Shown here piece after piece: positions 41,801 to 50,042 of a DNA stretch of 64,000 nucleotides; within the stretch, counting starts at the first letter, position 1, and each line of letters starts with the position of its first letter. A model generated the notes under the pieces. That model saw only the letters and a program-made list of their open reading frames with translations, was not told where the DNA came from and searched no databases. The translations under genes were made by a program, and so were the position numbers. The stretch lies in contig CBDBPB010000006.1 of the NCBI GenBank assembly GCA_965208615.1, positions 96,001 through 160,000 of the forward strand, in the 5' to 3' direction. Origin of the DNA: Spirochaetota bacterium. GTDB lineage: Bacteria; Spirochaetota; UBA6919; CBDBPB01.

Positions 41801-43163
41801 GGTATTAAGTATTGATAATAAGAATGGTTTAACATTTAGTCGTCTTGGGGAGTGTTATTATTACCTTAAGAACTATGATGATGCTATATCTACCTTGAAT
41901 AACGGGATTAAGGCTGGTAATAATGATTATGAGAGTTATAAATATTTAGCTAAAACTTATTTTGTATTGGAGAACTATGAAGCCGCAGTAGATAATTTGT
42001 TAGAGGCAATTAAGTTAAAGCCAAATACTATGGATGACTATTTTCAATTAGGTTATTCATATTTTAAGTTAGACAAGTATGAAAAAGCAATAGAGAATTT
42101 AAATATATATATTTTAGGCAGTAAAACTACTAATATAAAGAGGTTAGAGCATTCTCATACTCTTATGGGTTTATGTTATAAACATGTGAATGATATTAAG
42201 AATTCTATTGAGCATTTTTCAAAGGCTATTTATTATACCGAGCAGAATAACCCTCATGAGGAGCTTTATCCACCTACTTGTGCTTTTAGGGAAATGAAAG
42301 ATATTTTTATGGGAGTAGAAAAGTTTAAATATAAGGAGATCAAAGAAGAGAAGGCTATTTTTGTACCTAAAATATTAGAGGTTATAGATAATGAACTAAG
42401 CACTCCCATAACTAGTGTAAAAAATAGGATTAGCGATTTAAAAAATGAATATAACTCCTATAAGCTATTTTTAAATAGATTGGAAAAGGAGCTTTTTTTA
42501 ACTAAGGAACAACAAACTAAGTTAAAGACTATATTTGAGGAGACTAATTATTTTTCACTGGATAAAAACATAAAACATTTGATAGCTAACTCCCAGGACA
42601 ATATTTTACAAGCCATATCTACTATTATAAAGATGTTTGCTAATATCCAAAGGGAGGATAATGTTATAACTAATATTAATGTTAACCGGTTAATTGAGGA
42701 GTGTATATCTGATGTACTAAAGAGAAGTACTTTTGGTATGGAGCCTAAAATAGAAACATTTTTTGATTCTCTTCCGTATATAATGGGTACTGAGAAAAAG
42801 TTAAAGCATGCTTTTGATTCTATTTTAACTAATGCCAGTGATGCTATTAGCAATAATAGGGGTATAATAGAGATTCGTACTGAGAAGATTGACAGGGATA
42901 TTTTTATAACAATTAAGGATAATGGTATTGGTGTTGATAATGAGGTTCAGCAAAAGATATTCGAGCCATTTTTTACTACTAAGGTTCAGGGGGATGGTTT
43001 AGGTATTAATTTATATTTGGCAAAAAAGTTTCTTGAGGAACATAAAGGAACTGTATCATTTAGGAGTTTATTAAATCATGGGACAGTTTTTACTGTTAAC
43101 ATTCCGATTATAAAGGCTCCTGTTAAGATTAAGACTAATTCAGAGAAGGAGTTAGTATTATAG
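38808..43163 (+). CDS. Giant cytoplasmic TPR protein with C-terminal histidine-kinase-like module lacking the phospho-His
   Basis: Roughly 30 TPRs; H-box IDNELSTP; N box ILTNASDAI; G1 IKDNGIG; F IFEPFFTTK; G2 GDGLGINL; SD GGGAGG before ATG 38808. Confidence 0.85.
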   Translation: MGSNIFVDYTKYYSSPDYEQEFKSSKGLKELPFNEILNPEKVGNLESLVETFKAKAEKNKNDDLSFYLWALTLSNLKRYNEALGKFELACKINPNYFEAYFNWSKILYELGKYEESEDKILKALDIKPANYEALFYYGVILFRLNKLKNAIDYFRLASQANSADYRSLYNLAISLYKTGKYNEAIDYFEQASNINPEDYDILFNWGNSLYKAGEYQDAIVKYKKAIKLKSNPAEAIFNMGMSQFALKNYKKAMTHYTTALDINPIDSSALNNLGVTLCELKNYEKALLKYEKASLISPDNYKLYNNWGVALTKIKKFKEAKDKYKKALELNPNNSTIFSNYSILLTENQVIDEAIQKCEYSISIDPDNSMAHNNLGIALSKIEKYEDAIANFKEAITLNPKNISPYENWEITLNILTQKYKNNLDSKYSKVFIELADFYLHLKRFEKAIRLYEIGIKISEEKVNVDILANLGRCYFENKDYNNSSNTLKKLLEVIPDDYVIHNQLALSLYGLENYEEAEFHFSRVKELKPSFENLNFNIGNVLYKLGEYQKAINSYLKVEDLNNDILYVHLGNAYKKAGYEDEPITYYLKAIDVNNDCALAFYQAGKAYYKKKNYEKALEFLKRAIIYLPKKPKIYFYIGTSLKQLGRYREAIDNISRALEIKGLVSLANNELGEAYIGIRNYSGAISAFEKAIEVDPNLDIAYNNLGIVYQKMKKEDKAVEQFQIALTINSNFVEAHRNLGVSYLSLERYEEANTKFAAANQLDCNKPKLFFDWGITQYYLNNYEGAIDKFSKYIYFKGGDYEAYYYLGLCYLGLKNYEDCESNLRKALELNTGYSRGYYYLAVALSQQEHYEEAINYFKRAISLDSNFHEVYLSLGNAYYEIKDYENAINSFERVILVNKKDPKAYIKLGQTLAKIKRNDEAISNFKKASELNIYDPIPYTSWGDILLDIDSFQEAVKKYKIANQYDPENVSIYFNWGFSLLKLKNYREAASKFEKVLSIDNKNGLTFSRLGECYYYLKNYDDAISTLNNGIKAGNNDYESYKYLAKTYFVLENYEAAVDNLLEAIKLKPNTMDDYFQLGYSYFKLDKYEKAIENLNIYILGSKTTNIKRLEHSHTLMGLCYKHVNDIKNSIEHFSKAIYYTEQNNPHEELYPPTCAFREMKDIFMGVEKFKYKEIKEEKAIFVPKILEVIDNELSTPITSVKNRISDLKNEYNSYKLFLNRLEKELFLTKEQQTKLKTIFEETNYFSLDKNIKHLIANSQDNILQAISTIIKMFANIQREDNVITNINVNRLIEECISDVLKRSTFGMEPKIETFFDSLPYIMGTEKKLKHAFDSILTNASDAISNNRGIIEIRTEKIDRDIFITIKDNGIGVDNEVQQKIFEPFFTTKVQGDGLGINLYLAKKFLEEHKGTVSFRSLLNHGTVFTVNIPIIKAPVKIKTNSEKELVL

Positions 43164-44228
43164 TTATAGGCTATTCTCAATCATTTTTTTTAATATATCT
43201 ATACCTTGTTCTGTTTTAGCTGATATAAAGCATGATTTATTATGTAAGGCCATTAGACGCTTAGGCATTTTATTTGTATTAAGCTTATCTATTTTGTTAA
43301 ACACATAAATAGTTGAGGCATTAGGAGCTTTTAAGTCATTTATAACTTTATTAACGCAGTTAATTCGTTCAGTTATTCCGTCGTAACTAACATCAATAAT
43401 GTGTAATAATAATTTAGCTGATGTCAGCTCTTCTAGAGTTGATTTAAATGATGCTATAAGATGATGGGGTAATTTATTAATAAATCCTACGGTATCTATA
43501 AGTATGATTGTTAGGTTTGGTGATATATATGCTTTTCTTACTGTGGAGTCTAGGGTAGTAAAGGGAGCATTATCCACAAATACCTTTGAATTGCTAAGTA
43601 GATTTAATAGGGATGATTTACCTGCGTTGGTGTAGCCCACAAGACATACTATATTTTGATTAGTTCTTTTTTTTCTTTTAGTTGCAAAGTTAGTAGATAT
43701 TTTTTTTAATAATTTTTTAATTACATATAGTCTTCGTTTAACAGAGCGTTTATCGGTTTCTAGTTGTGTTTCCCCTGGTCCTTTAAGTCCTATTCCTCCT
43801 TCTATTCTTGAGAGGTGGGTCCATCGTCTTTTAAGCCTTGGTAATAAATATGATAATTGTGCATGTTCAACCTGTAGTTTAGCCGCTTTAGTTTTTGCTC
43901 TAGAGGCAAATATATTTAATATTAACTCACTACGTCCTATTACTTTACAGTTTAGTATACCCTCTATATTCCTAGTTTGAGTTAGTGAGAGATCATCATC
44001 AAATATTATGATATTTACTTTTTTTTTAAGTATATCATTTTTTAGCTCCCTTAGTTTACCACTACCTATAAAGTATTTTGGATGTAATTTATTTCTTATT
44101 TGGATTATTTTATCTATTATATTTATGTTAGCAATGGTGCTTAGGTTTGAGAGTTCATCTAGTGAGTTAAAAATGGCATTTTTATTTTTGTTTGGCAGAC
44201 TAACACTAATTAGGATAGCTTTATCCAT
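43164..44228 (-). CDS. hflX: GTPase HflX
   Basis: FIGSGK, LILNIFASRA, GPGETQLETDKR, VGYTNAGKSSL, DTVGFI, NKID. Confidence 0.96.
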   Translation of the reverse strand: MDKAILISVSLPNKNKNAIFNSLDELSNLSTIANINIIDKIIQIRNKLHPKYFIGSGKLRELKNDILKKKVNIIIFDDDLSLTQTRNIEGILNCKVIGRSELILNIFASRAKTKAAKLQVEHAQLSYLLPRLKRRWTHLSRIEGGIGLKGPGETQLETDKRSVKRRLYVIKKLLKKISTNFATKRKKRTNQNIVCLVGYTNAGKSSLLNLLSNSKVFVDNAPFTTLDSTVRKAYISPNLTIILIDTVGFINKLPHHLIASFKSTLEELTSAKLLLHIIDVSYDGITERINCVNKVINDLKAPNASTIYVFNKIDKLNTNKMPKRLMALHNKSCFISAKTEQGIDILKKMIENSL

Positions 44229-44944
44229 TAATTATTTTCTTTGACCTCAAAGTATGAATAAGCTTTTCCTATGGTATTCCTAATAATATTATTATTTAGG
44301 GGATCTTTTATCCAGCGGTCATCGACCACAAGGTTATAATAGAATTTACCTATGGGTAATTTTATTTTAATTTCCCATATTCCATCATTTATTTTAGTTA
44401 GTTTATGGGAGTTAGGATTCCACTGGTTAAATGTTCCAACAATATATACTTGTTTTGCGTTATGGTTTTTATATATAAATCTATAAAGGTTGGCCCTATC
44501 CTTTATTTTACTAGGGTTATTAAGTATATTGTAATTAATTAGGTCGTTTTGAATAGTGAAGGATGATAGATAATTACCCATTCCATCTTCTATTTTATTA
44601 TTGTTTTTGGGATCAGATATAAAGTTATTGTCTACTATAAGTTTATATGTATAACTACCTTTTTTTAGTTGGAACTTTTTAAATTTAATTGGTAAATATA
44701 GCTTCCACCATCCATCCCATAGGCCTATTTTATTTATATTTTTTCTAAATGGATATTTAAGACTCCACTGGTCAAAGCTGGATTTTAGATATACTTTAGC
44801 GGCATAATTATTATGGTAGAAAAAAGTAATTCCATTTTTATTAATTATAGGGTTATTTTGTTCTAATGAGAAAGTTCTATGCGGTATAAAAAGAATGGTA
44901 ATAAGGCTAATCAAAATTATCCTAATAAACAAAGTACCCTCCAA
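44228..44944 (-). CDS. Exported tandem CBM48/AMPK-beta-like glycogen-binding protein
   Basis: Signal peptide; two AxxVY...FxxW...GxW...YxxxVD...DP repeats; downstream of glgC. Confidence 0.8.
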   Translation of the reverse strand: MEGTLFIRIILISLITILFIPHRTFSLEQNNPIINKNGITFFYHNNYAAKVYLKSSFDQWSLKYPFRKNINKIGLWDGWWKLYLPIKFKKFQLKKGSYTYKLIVDNNFISDPKNNNKIEDGMGNYLSSFTIQNDLINYNILNNPSKIKDRANLYRFIYKNHNAKQVYIVGTFNQWNPNSHKLTKINDGIWEIKIKLPIGKFYYNLVVDDRWIKDPLNNNIIRNTIGKAYSYFEVKENN

Positions 44945-45043
44945 AAATAAGTTATTTATATGGTGGTATATATCGGTAAGGTTTATTAAAATCGACAGTA
45001 AAAACTATAAATATTGTTCGTTATAATTTTTATAAAAACCGTA

Positions 45044-46228
45044 TTATATAGTCTTTTTTGCTACTACCGTAATACCTTCTTTAGTTACTTTAAATATATC
45101 ATTATTATTTATATTATTGTCTATGCAATAATTTTCAGGTATTATAATATTTTTTTCTACTATTGTTTTAGTTAATTTTGCACCTTTTTTTATATGACTA
45201 TGTGAGAATAGTATACACTGATCTACTTCAGCATCTTCTTCTATTATTATATCTGGGGATAGTATAGAGTTTGTCACTTTTCCCTTTATATTAGCCCCAC
45301 CGGATATAATACTATTTATTAGATAGCCGTTATTTTTAGTTATACCTATCATAGATGGCGCACTATTGGATTGATATGTTCTAAACTTCCAGTCTTCGCC
45401 AAATAAGTCAAAGGAGCAGTCTTTATTTAGGAGGTCCATATTGGAGGTATAATATGAAGTTAGAGTGCCTACATCTCTCCAATACCTTGGTGAGCCGTCT
45501 TTGTTTTGGAAAGGAAAGGAGTATACTCTATGTTCGTTTATCATTTTTGGTATAATATCTTTTCCAAAGTCGTGTGAGGAGCTAGAGTCAGCATCAATTA
45601 TTAGCTGGTCTAAAAGAACATCTTTAGAAAATACATATATCCCCATGGAGGCAAGGGTAGTATTAGGTTTATTTGGTATAGGTTTAGGATTTTGAGGTTT
45701 TTCTTCAAAGCCTATTATTTTACCATCTTTTTTTACCTCCATTATACCAAAAGACTTACCTTCTTCTATACTTACTGGTATAGTGGCAATAGTTAGTTCT
45801 GCATTTTTTTCTATATGGTAATTAATTATTTCTCTATAGTCCATTTTGTAGATATGATCGCCGCCTAAAATCAAAACGTAGTCTGGAGATTCTTTTTCTA
45901 TTGTGAAGATATTTTGAAATATTGCATCAGCAGTACCTTGGTACCAGTTTTCAGAATGCCTTTGTTGTGGTGGATAAACGTCAATATATTCACCTAGTGG
46001 AGGGGATAGTATACTCCAGCCACTTCTAATATGTTTTTGCAAAGAGTCAGAAAGGTATTGCACCATTACATTAATTTGTCTTATTCCTGAGTTTATGCAG
46101 TTGGACAATACAAAATCAATTATTCTAAATCTGCCTCCAAAGAATACAGCAGGTTTACATCTATTTTCCGATAGAGGTGAAAGTCTACTTCCTTTACCTC
46201 CGGCTAGTATTATGGATAGTACTTTCAT
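45044..46228 (-). CDS. glgC: Glucose-1-phosphate adenylyltransferase
   Basis: ILAGGKGSRL, KPAVFFGG, WYQGTADA, GDHIYKMDY, FEEKP, HDFGKDIIP, YWRDVGT. Confidence 0.97.
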   Translation of the reverse strand: MKVLSIILAGGKGSRLSPLSENRCKPAVFFGGRFRIIDFVLSNCINSGIRQINVMVQYLSDSLQKHIRSGWSILSPPLGEYIDVYPPQQRHSENWYQGTADAIFQNIFTIEKESPDYVLILGGDHIYKMDYREIINYHIEKNAELTIATIPVSIEEGKSFGIMEVKKDGKIIGFEEKPQNPKPIPNKPNTTLASMGIYVFSKDVLLDQLIIDADSSSSHDFGKDIIPKMINEHRVYSFPFQNKDGSPRYWRDVGTLTSYYTSNMDLLNKDCSFDLFGEDWKFRTYQSNSAPSMIGITKNNGYLINSIISGGANIKGKVTNSILSPDIIIEEDAEVDQCILFSHSHIKKGAKLTKTIVEKNIIIPENYCIDNNINNNDIFKVTKEGITVVAKKTI

Positions 46229-46460
46229 TTATTTTTACCTTTTTTACTTTTATGTGTTAATTTATATGCTATTATTTTTAAAGTTAAAATAATTTTATTT
46301 TGAAAATTAATTAGATTGATCTTTTAGAATTAAGAGTTAATTTTAAAAGACATATTATTAGTTGATTAATTTTTGTAATTATATAAAATGTACGTTAGTA
46401 AGTAAGAAATGGCTACTATTTTTTTTTATTATGAGTTTTTTTTAGATTTTTGTTGTTAGT

Positions 46461-46498
46461 AACAAAAGGGAGGCGACCTGGATGAAGTCGCCTCCTTT
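46461..46498 (-). terminator. Intrinsic terminator
   Basis: GGAGGCGAC-ttcatccag-GTCGCCTCC followed by CTTTTGTT on the minus strand. Confidence 0.75.
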
Positions 46499-46564
46499 AA
46501 TCAAAAGGACCAATAATCTACCAGGTATCTACGGGAGGGACATACCTGATATTTATTATCTGGC
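46461..46564 (-). ncRNA. Candidate sRNA or leader attenuator upstream of glgC
   Basis: GC-rich island in an AT-rich spacer: 5' hairpin CAGGTAT-[GTCCCTCCCGTAG]-ATACCTG with extended lower stem (G-U pairs favour the minus strand), then a terminator. Confidence 0.6.
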
Positions 46565-46568
46565 TGAA

Positions 46569-46596
46569 TTATCGTAGTTGATAGTTAGAAACTTTA
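46569..46596 (-). promoter_or_regulatory. Sigma28-like promoter of the candidate RNA
   Basis: TAAAGTTT-N12-TACGATAA directly before the 5' hairpin. Confidence 0.45.
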
Positions 46597-46678
46597 ATAA
46601 GTTAATTTTTAAACTTAGTTTTTTAGTTATATTTTTTATTTGTTTATAACTTATTATTATGTTGAAAGGTATAAAATT

Positions 46679-46705
46679 TAAATACCTTGTATAAATGTCC
46701 GATAG
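46679..46705 (+). promoter_or_regulatory. Sigma28-like promoter of the amidohydrolase-cNMP operon
   Basis: TAAA-N15-TCCGATAG. Confidence 0.5.
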
Positions 46706-46865
46706 AAAAAATGATATACTTATTTAGTATATTTAATGTTCCTTTTAGATAAGTAGTAATAATTTATTAGTTTTTTAATTAGTTAAAAATAAAGCTATTT
46801 AGGTTGAGCTATAGTAAAATAGTTATAAAATATGGTTTAATCAGAATAGTTTATGTATAAGCATT

Positions 46866-48134
46866 ATGGATAATAATAAAAGCTCTAAAGTATTAAAAAG
46901 TTCTATTAGTATGGGCTTTAATAAGATTGTTACTCCTTATGAGGTGTTAGATAATGGTATTATAACACTAGAGGGGGAGTATATTTTATCTATTGGTGAT
47001 AACGGAATTAGCAATAATGAAAAAAAGCTGGACTTTTCATTTGATAACTATATAGTTTATCCTGCTTTGATTAATAGCCATGATCATTTGCTTGGTTCCT
47101 ACTACCCAAGAGTTGGTGATAGAAAGCCTTATTTTAGCTGGAAGTTGTGGGATGATGATCTAAAGAGTTCTTCTGTTTATAGTGAAAGAAGTAAGATAGA
47201 TAATGTTGACCTATATTATTTAGGTTCTTTTAGAAATATGATTTCTGGAGTATTAACAGTATCTGACCATATCCCCCATTCTATTAATGACCCTATGATC
47301 CCCATAATGCCCATTAGGATTATAAAAGATTATGCTCTTGCACATGAGGTATCCGAATATGATTTAAAATGGGGAGAAGGTGTAGAGATAGAGCATAAAA
47401 AGGCTATCAATAATAATGAGCCTTTTATTACTCATATTGAAGAGGGTTTTGATGAGGAGTCTATGAAGGGAGTAGAATATCTGCTCGAAATGGAAGCTTT
47501 ATCTAATAACACTGTTTTAATCCACGGTATAGCTTTATCGGATGAAGATATTAAAATGATTGCCAAACATAGGGCTCATTTAGTTTGGTGTCCTTTTTCT
47601 AATTTTTATATGTTTGAAAGAACTGCAAGGGTAAAGGAGATATTGGATATTGGAGTTAATATTTCAATAGGCACAGACTCTCCTATGTCAGGTTCTTTAC
47701 ACATATTGGAAGAGGTAAAGTTTGCAAAAAATATTTTTTATGATATGTATAAAGAAGATTTATCTGACGAGCTTATAACAAAGATGATTACTGTTAACCC
47801 TGCTAAAGCACTACGTATTGATAACTTGCTTGGGAGTATATCTAAAGGGAAGAGAGCTGATTTTATTCTTATAAAAGATAAAGGAGCTGATCCTTATAGT
47901 ACATTAGTTGAGGCTAATCAAGAGGATATTGCCCTTATTTTTTATGGAGGTAAGCCACTTTATGGAAATGAGGATTTTTCTTATATTTTTGATAGTTTTA
48001 ATGTAGATTATAGTAAATTAAAAGTAAATAATGTTAAGAAGATTATTTCTGGTTATAATCCTTTAGATTTATTAAAAAAGATTAGAAAGATTGTTGGCTT
48101 TGAAAAAGATATACCGTTTTTACCTGTTGGATAG
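46866..48134 (+). CDS. Amidohydrolase-superfamily deaminase-like metalloenzyme
   Basis: INSHDHL (HxH), THIEEG (HxxE), LIHG, IGTDS, TVNPAKAL, GSISKGKRADF. Confidence 0.85.
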   Translation: MDNNKSSKVLKSSISMGFNKIVTPYEVLDNGIITLEGEYILSIGDNGISNNEKKLDFSFDNYIVYPALINSHDHLLGSYYPRVGDRKPYFSWKLWDDDLKSSSVYSERSKIDNVDLYYLGSFRNMISGVLTVSDHIPHSINDPMIPIMPIRIIKDYALAHEVSEYDLKWGEGVEIEHKKAINNNEPFITHIEEGFDEESMKGVEYLLEMEALSNNTVLIHGIALSDEDIKMIAKHRAHLVWCPFSNFYMFERTARVKEILDIGVNISIGTDSPMSGSLHILEEVKFAKNIFYDMYKEDLSDELITKMITVNPAKALRIDNLLGSISKGKRADFILIKDKGADPYSTLVEANQEDIALIFYGGKPLYGNEDFSYIFDSFNVDYSKLKVNNVKKIISGYNPLDLLKKIRKIVGFEKDIPFLPVG

Positions 48135-48155
48135 CGATTTTAAGGAGATATATTA

Positions 48156-49079
48156 ATGGCTAATACAAGAAGTTATAAGTCTGGTGCTGTTATTTATTTC
48201 GATGGGGATAAAAGCGATAGTATTTTTGTATTAAAGTCTGGTTGTGTAACTTTGACTTATTTAGATATTAGTATTAATGAACATGTTAGTGAGAGGTTAA
48301 AGGTTGGGGAGTTTTTTGGGGTAAAGTCGGCTATTGGGCATTTTAAGCGTGAGGAGACTGCTCATGTAGACAGGGATAGTACTGTACTTATATTAAGTGT
48401 AAAGGAATTTGAAGAGTTAGCTATTAAGAACACTAGGTTAGCCTTAAAAATGCTAAAGATATTTAGTACGCAGTTAAGGAGAGTAGGAAAACAAGCTACT
48501 GATTTAATTTCTGCTCCTGATAGTGAAGCTATTACAGGGCCTGGGTTATTATTTAATGTTGGTAAATTTTTTTTAAGGAATAAACGCTTTGATCACGCAA
48601 CTTATGCCTTTCATAGGTATATTGAGAACTACCCCGATGGTAGTTTATATAATGAGGCTCTAAAGGGCATAGACATGGCCAAGTCTGGTATTACAAGTGA
48701 AGATGAGGGTTTAGAAAGGTCATTGTACGATGAGGCCATTAATTTAATTGATGAAAAAGATTTTAATGGTGCTATTGATAAGTTAAATCAAATAGAGTTA
48801 ACTGATTCTGAGGTTAAAGAGTCTGTTATGTTTGAGTTAAGCAAATGTCATTTTGAGCTGGAAGATTACGATAGTTCAACTGACTTATTTACTAATCTAA
48901 TTAAAGAATTTCCTTCTACTGAGCGTATGAAAGAGGCACTACTTTATATTGGCAAATCTTATAATGAGCAGGGGGATAAGTTAAAGGCTAAAGATTTTTT
49001 TAATAAAGTTGTACAACTACCTCCTGTGGATGATCATATATCATTAGAAGCTAAAAACTTTTTGCAAGAAGGTGGGTAA
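48156..49079 (+). CDS. Cyclic-nucleotide-binding domain plus TPR protein
   Basis: IYFDGD..IFVLKSG, GEFFG (degenerate phosphate-binding cassette), C-terminal TPRs (YIENYPDG, LIKEFP, ALLYIGKSY). Confidence 0.85.
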   Translation: MANTRSYKSGAVIYFDGDKSDSIFVLKSGCVTLTYLDISINEHVSERLKVGEFFGVKSAIGHFKREETAHVDRDSTVLILSVKEFEELAIKNTRLALKMLKIFSTQLRRVGKQATDLISAPDSEAITGPGLLFNVGKFFLRNKRFDHATYAFHRYIENYPDGSLYNEALKGIDMAKSGITSEDEGLERSLYDEAINLIDEKDFNGAIDKLNQIELTDSEVKESVMFELSKCHFELEDYDSSTDLFTNLIKEFPSTERMKEALLYIGKSYNEQGDKLKAKDFFNKVVQLPPVDDHISLEAKNFLQEGG

Positions 49080-49084
49080 TACTG

Positions 49085-49744
49085 ATGCAAGGGCTTGGTG
49101 GAAACCTGTTTGAAAGGTTTGGTAAGATATTTACTCCAAATCAGATTATTTTTTGTGAGCATGAGCCTGGTAATGACCTTTATCTTATTCAGTCTGGAAG
49201 GGTAAAGCTTACTAAGGTAGTGGAGGATAAAGAAAAAACTATAGATATTCTTGAAGATGGTGATATTTTTGGTGAAATGGCAATATTAGAGGAAGCTCCA
49301 AGGAGTGCTAATGCTATTGCAGATAATGAGGTTAGGGTTCTTAGTTTTAATAAGATGAATTTTGAAATACTTTTAAAAGGTCAACCTCAGTTAGCGTTAA
49401 AAATATTGAAGGTTTTAAGTAAAAGGATTTATGAGGCAAAAAGGCGTCTTCAAATTCTTAATCTACCAAGTATAGAGGCTAAGGTTATTGACACTATGCT
49501 TATGCTTGCTGAGACTAAGGGTATTACTAATGAAAATGATGAAGAGGTTGAATTAAATACTAATGATGAGCAGATTGCAAGTTGGTGTGCTATAAAGTTA
49601 GAAGAGGCTAGAAAAGTATTGAATAAATACCATAATTTGGATAAGCTAAATATTCTACCTAATAAGATTATATTAAAAAATAGTAGTGAGTTATTTAGGT
49701 TTATTTATAACAAAAGAAAGCTACAGCTAGAAGATGAACATTAG
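49085..49744 (+). CDS. Crp/Fnr-family cNMP-binding protein
   Basis: IFCEHEPG, LYLIQSGRV, canonical GDIFGEMAILEEAPRSANA; degenerate C-terminal HTH. Confidence 0.88.
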   Translation: MQGLGGNLFERFGKIFTPNQIIFCEHEPGNDLYLIQSGRVKLTKVVEDKEKTIDILEDGDIFGEMAILEEAPRSANAIADNEVRVLSFNKMNFEILLKGQPQLALKILKVLSKRIYEAKRRLQILNLPSIEAKVIDTMLMLAETKGITNENDEEVELNTNDEQIASWCAIKLEEARKVLNKYHNLDKLNILPNKIILKNSSELFRFIYNKRKLQLEDEH

Positions 49745-49884
49745 CTAAGCATGACTTTTTTTAATTTTTTAGCATTATTTAATAGGCCAAACTTCCACTA
49801 ATGGAGTTTATAGTTATTCATTAAAGATGTTATAAATTTTCATTGAAAAATCACTTTATATTAATTATATTTCATAAAAAATTA

Positions 49885-49958
49885 GGGTCTATAGCTCAGG
49901 TGGATAGAGCAGTGGTTTCCTAAACCATGTGCCAGAGGTTCGAGTCCTCTTAGACCCA
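49885..49958 (+). tRNA. tRNA-Arg(CCT)
   Basis: Acceptor stem GGGTCTA/TAGACCC, anticodon arm GTGGT-TTCCTAA-ACCAT, T-loop GTTCGAG; CCA not encoded. Confidence 0.97.
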
Positions 49959-50042
49959 ACTTTCTATTATTAATATCTATAATTTATTTTCTAAAGGGTT
50001 TTATATAATAGGGATTATCTAAGGTTTTTAAATGTATTAAAG

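Noticed and set aside
46466-46540. CsrB-like GGA-loop RNA on the plus strand
   Set aside because: Few GGA motifs; G-U pairs of the long hairpin, the U-tail and the promoter all favour the minus strand.
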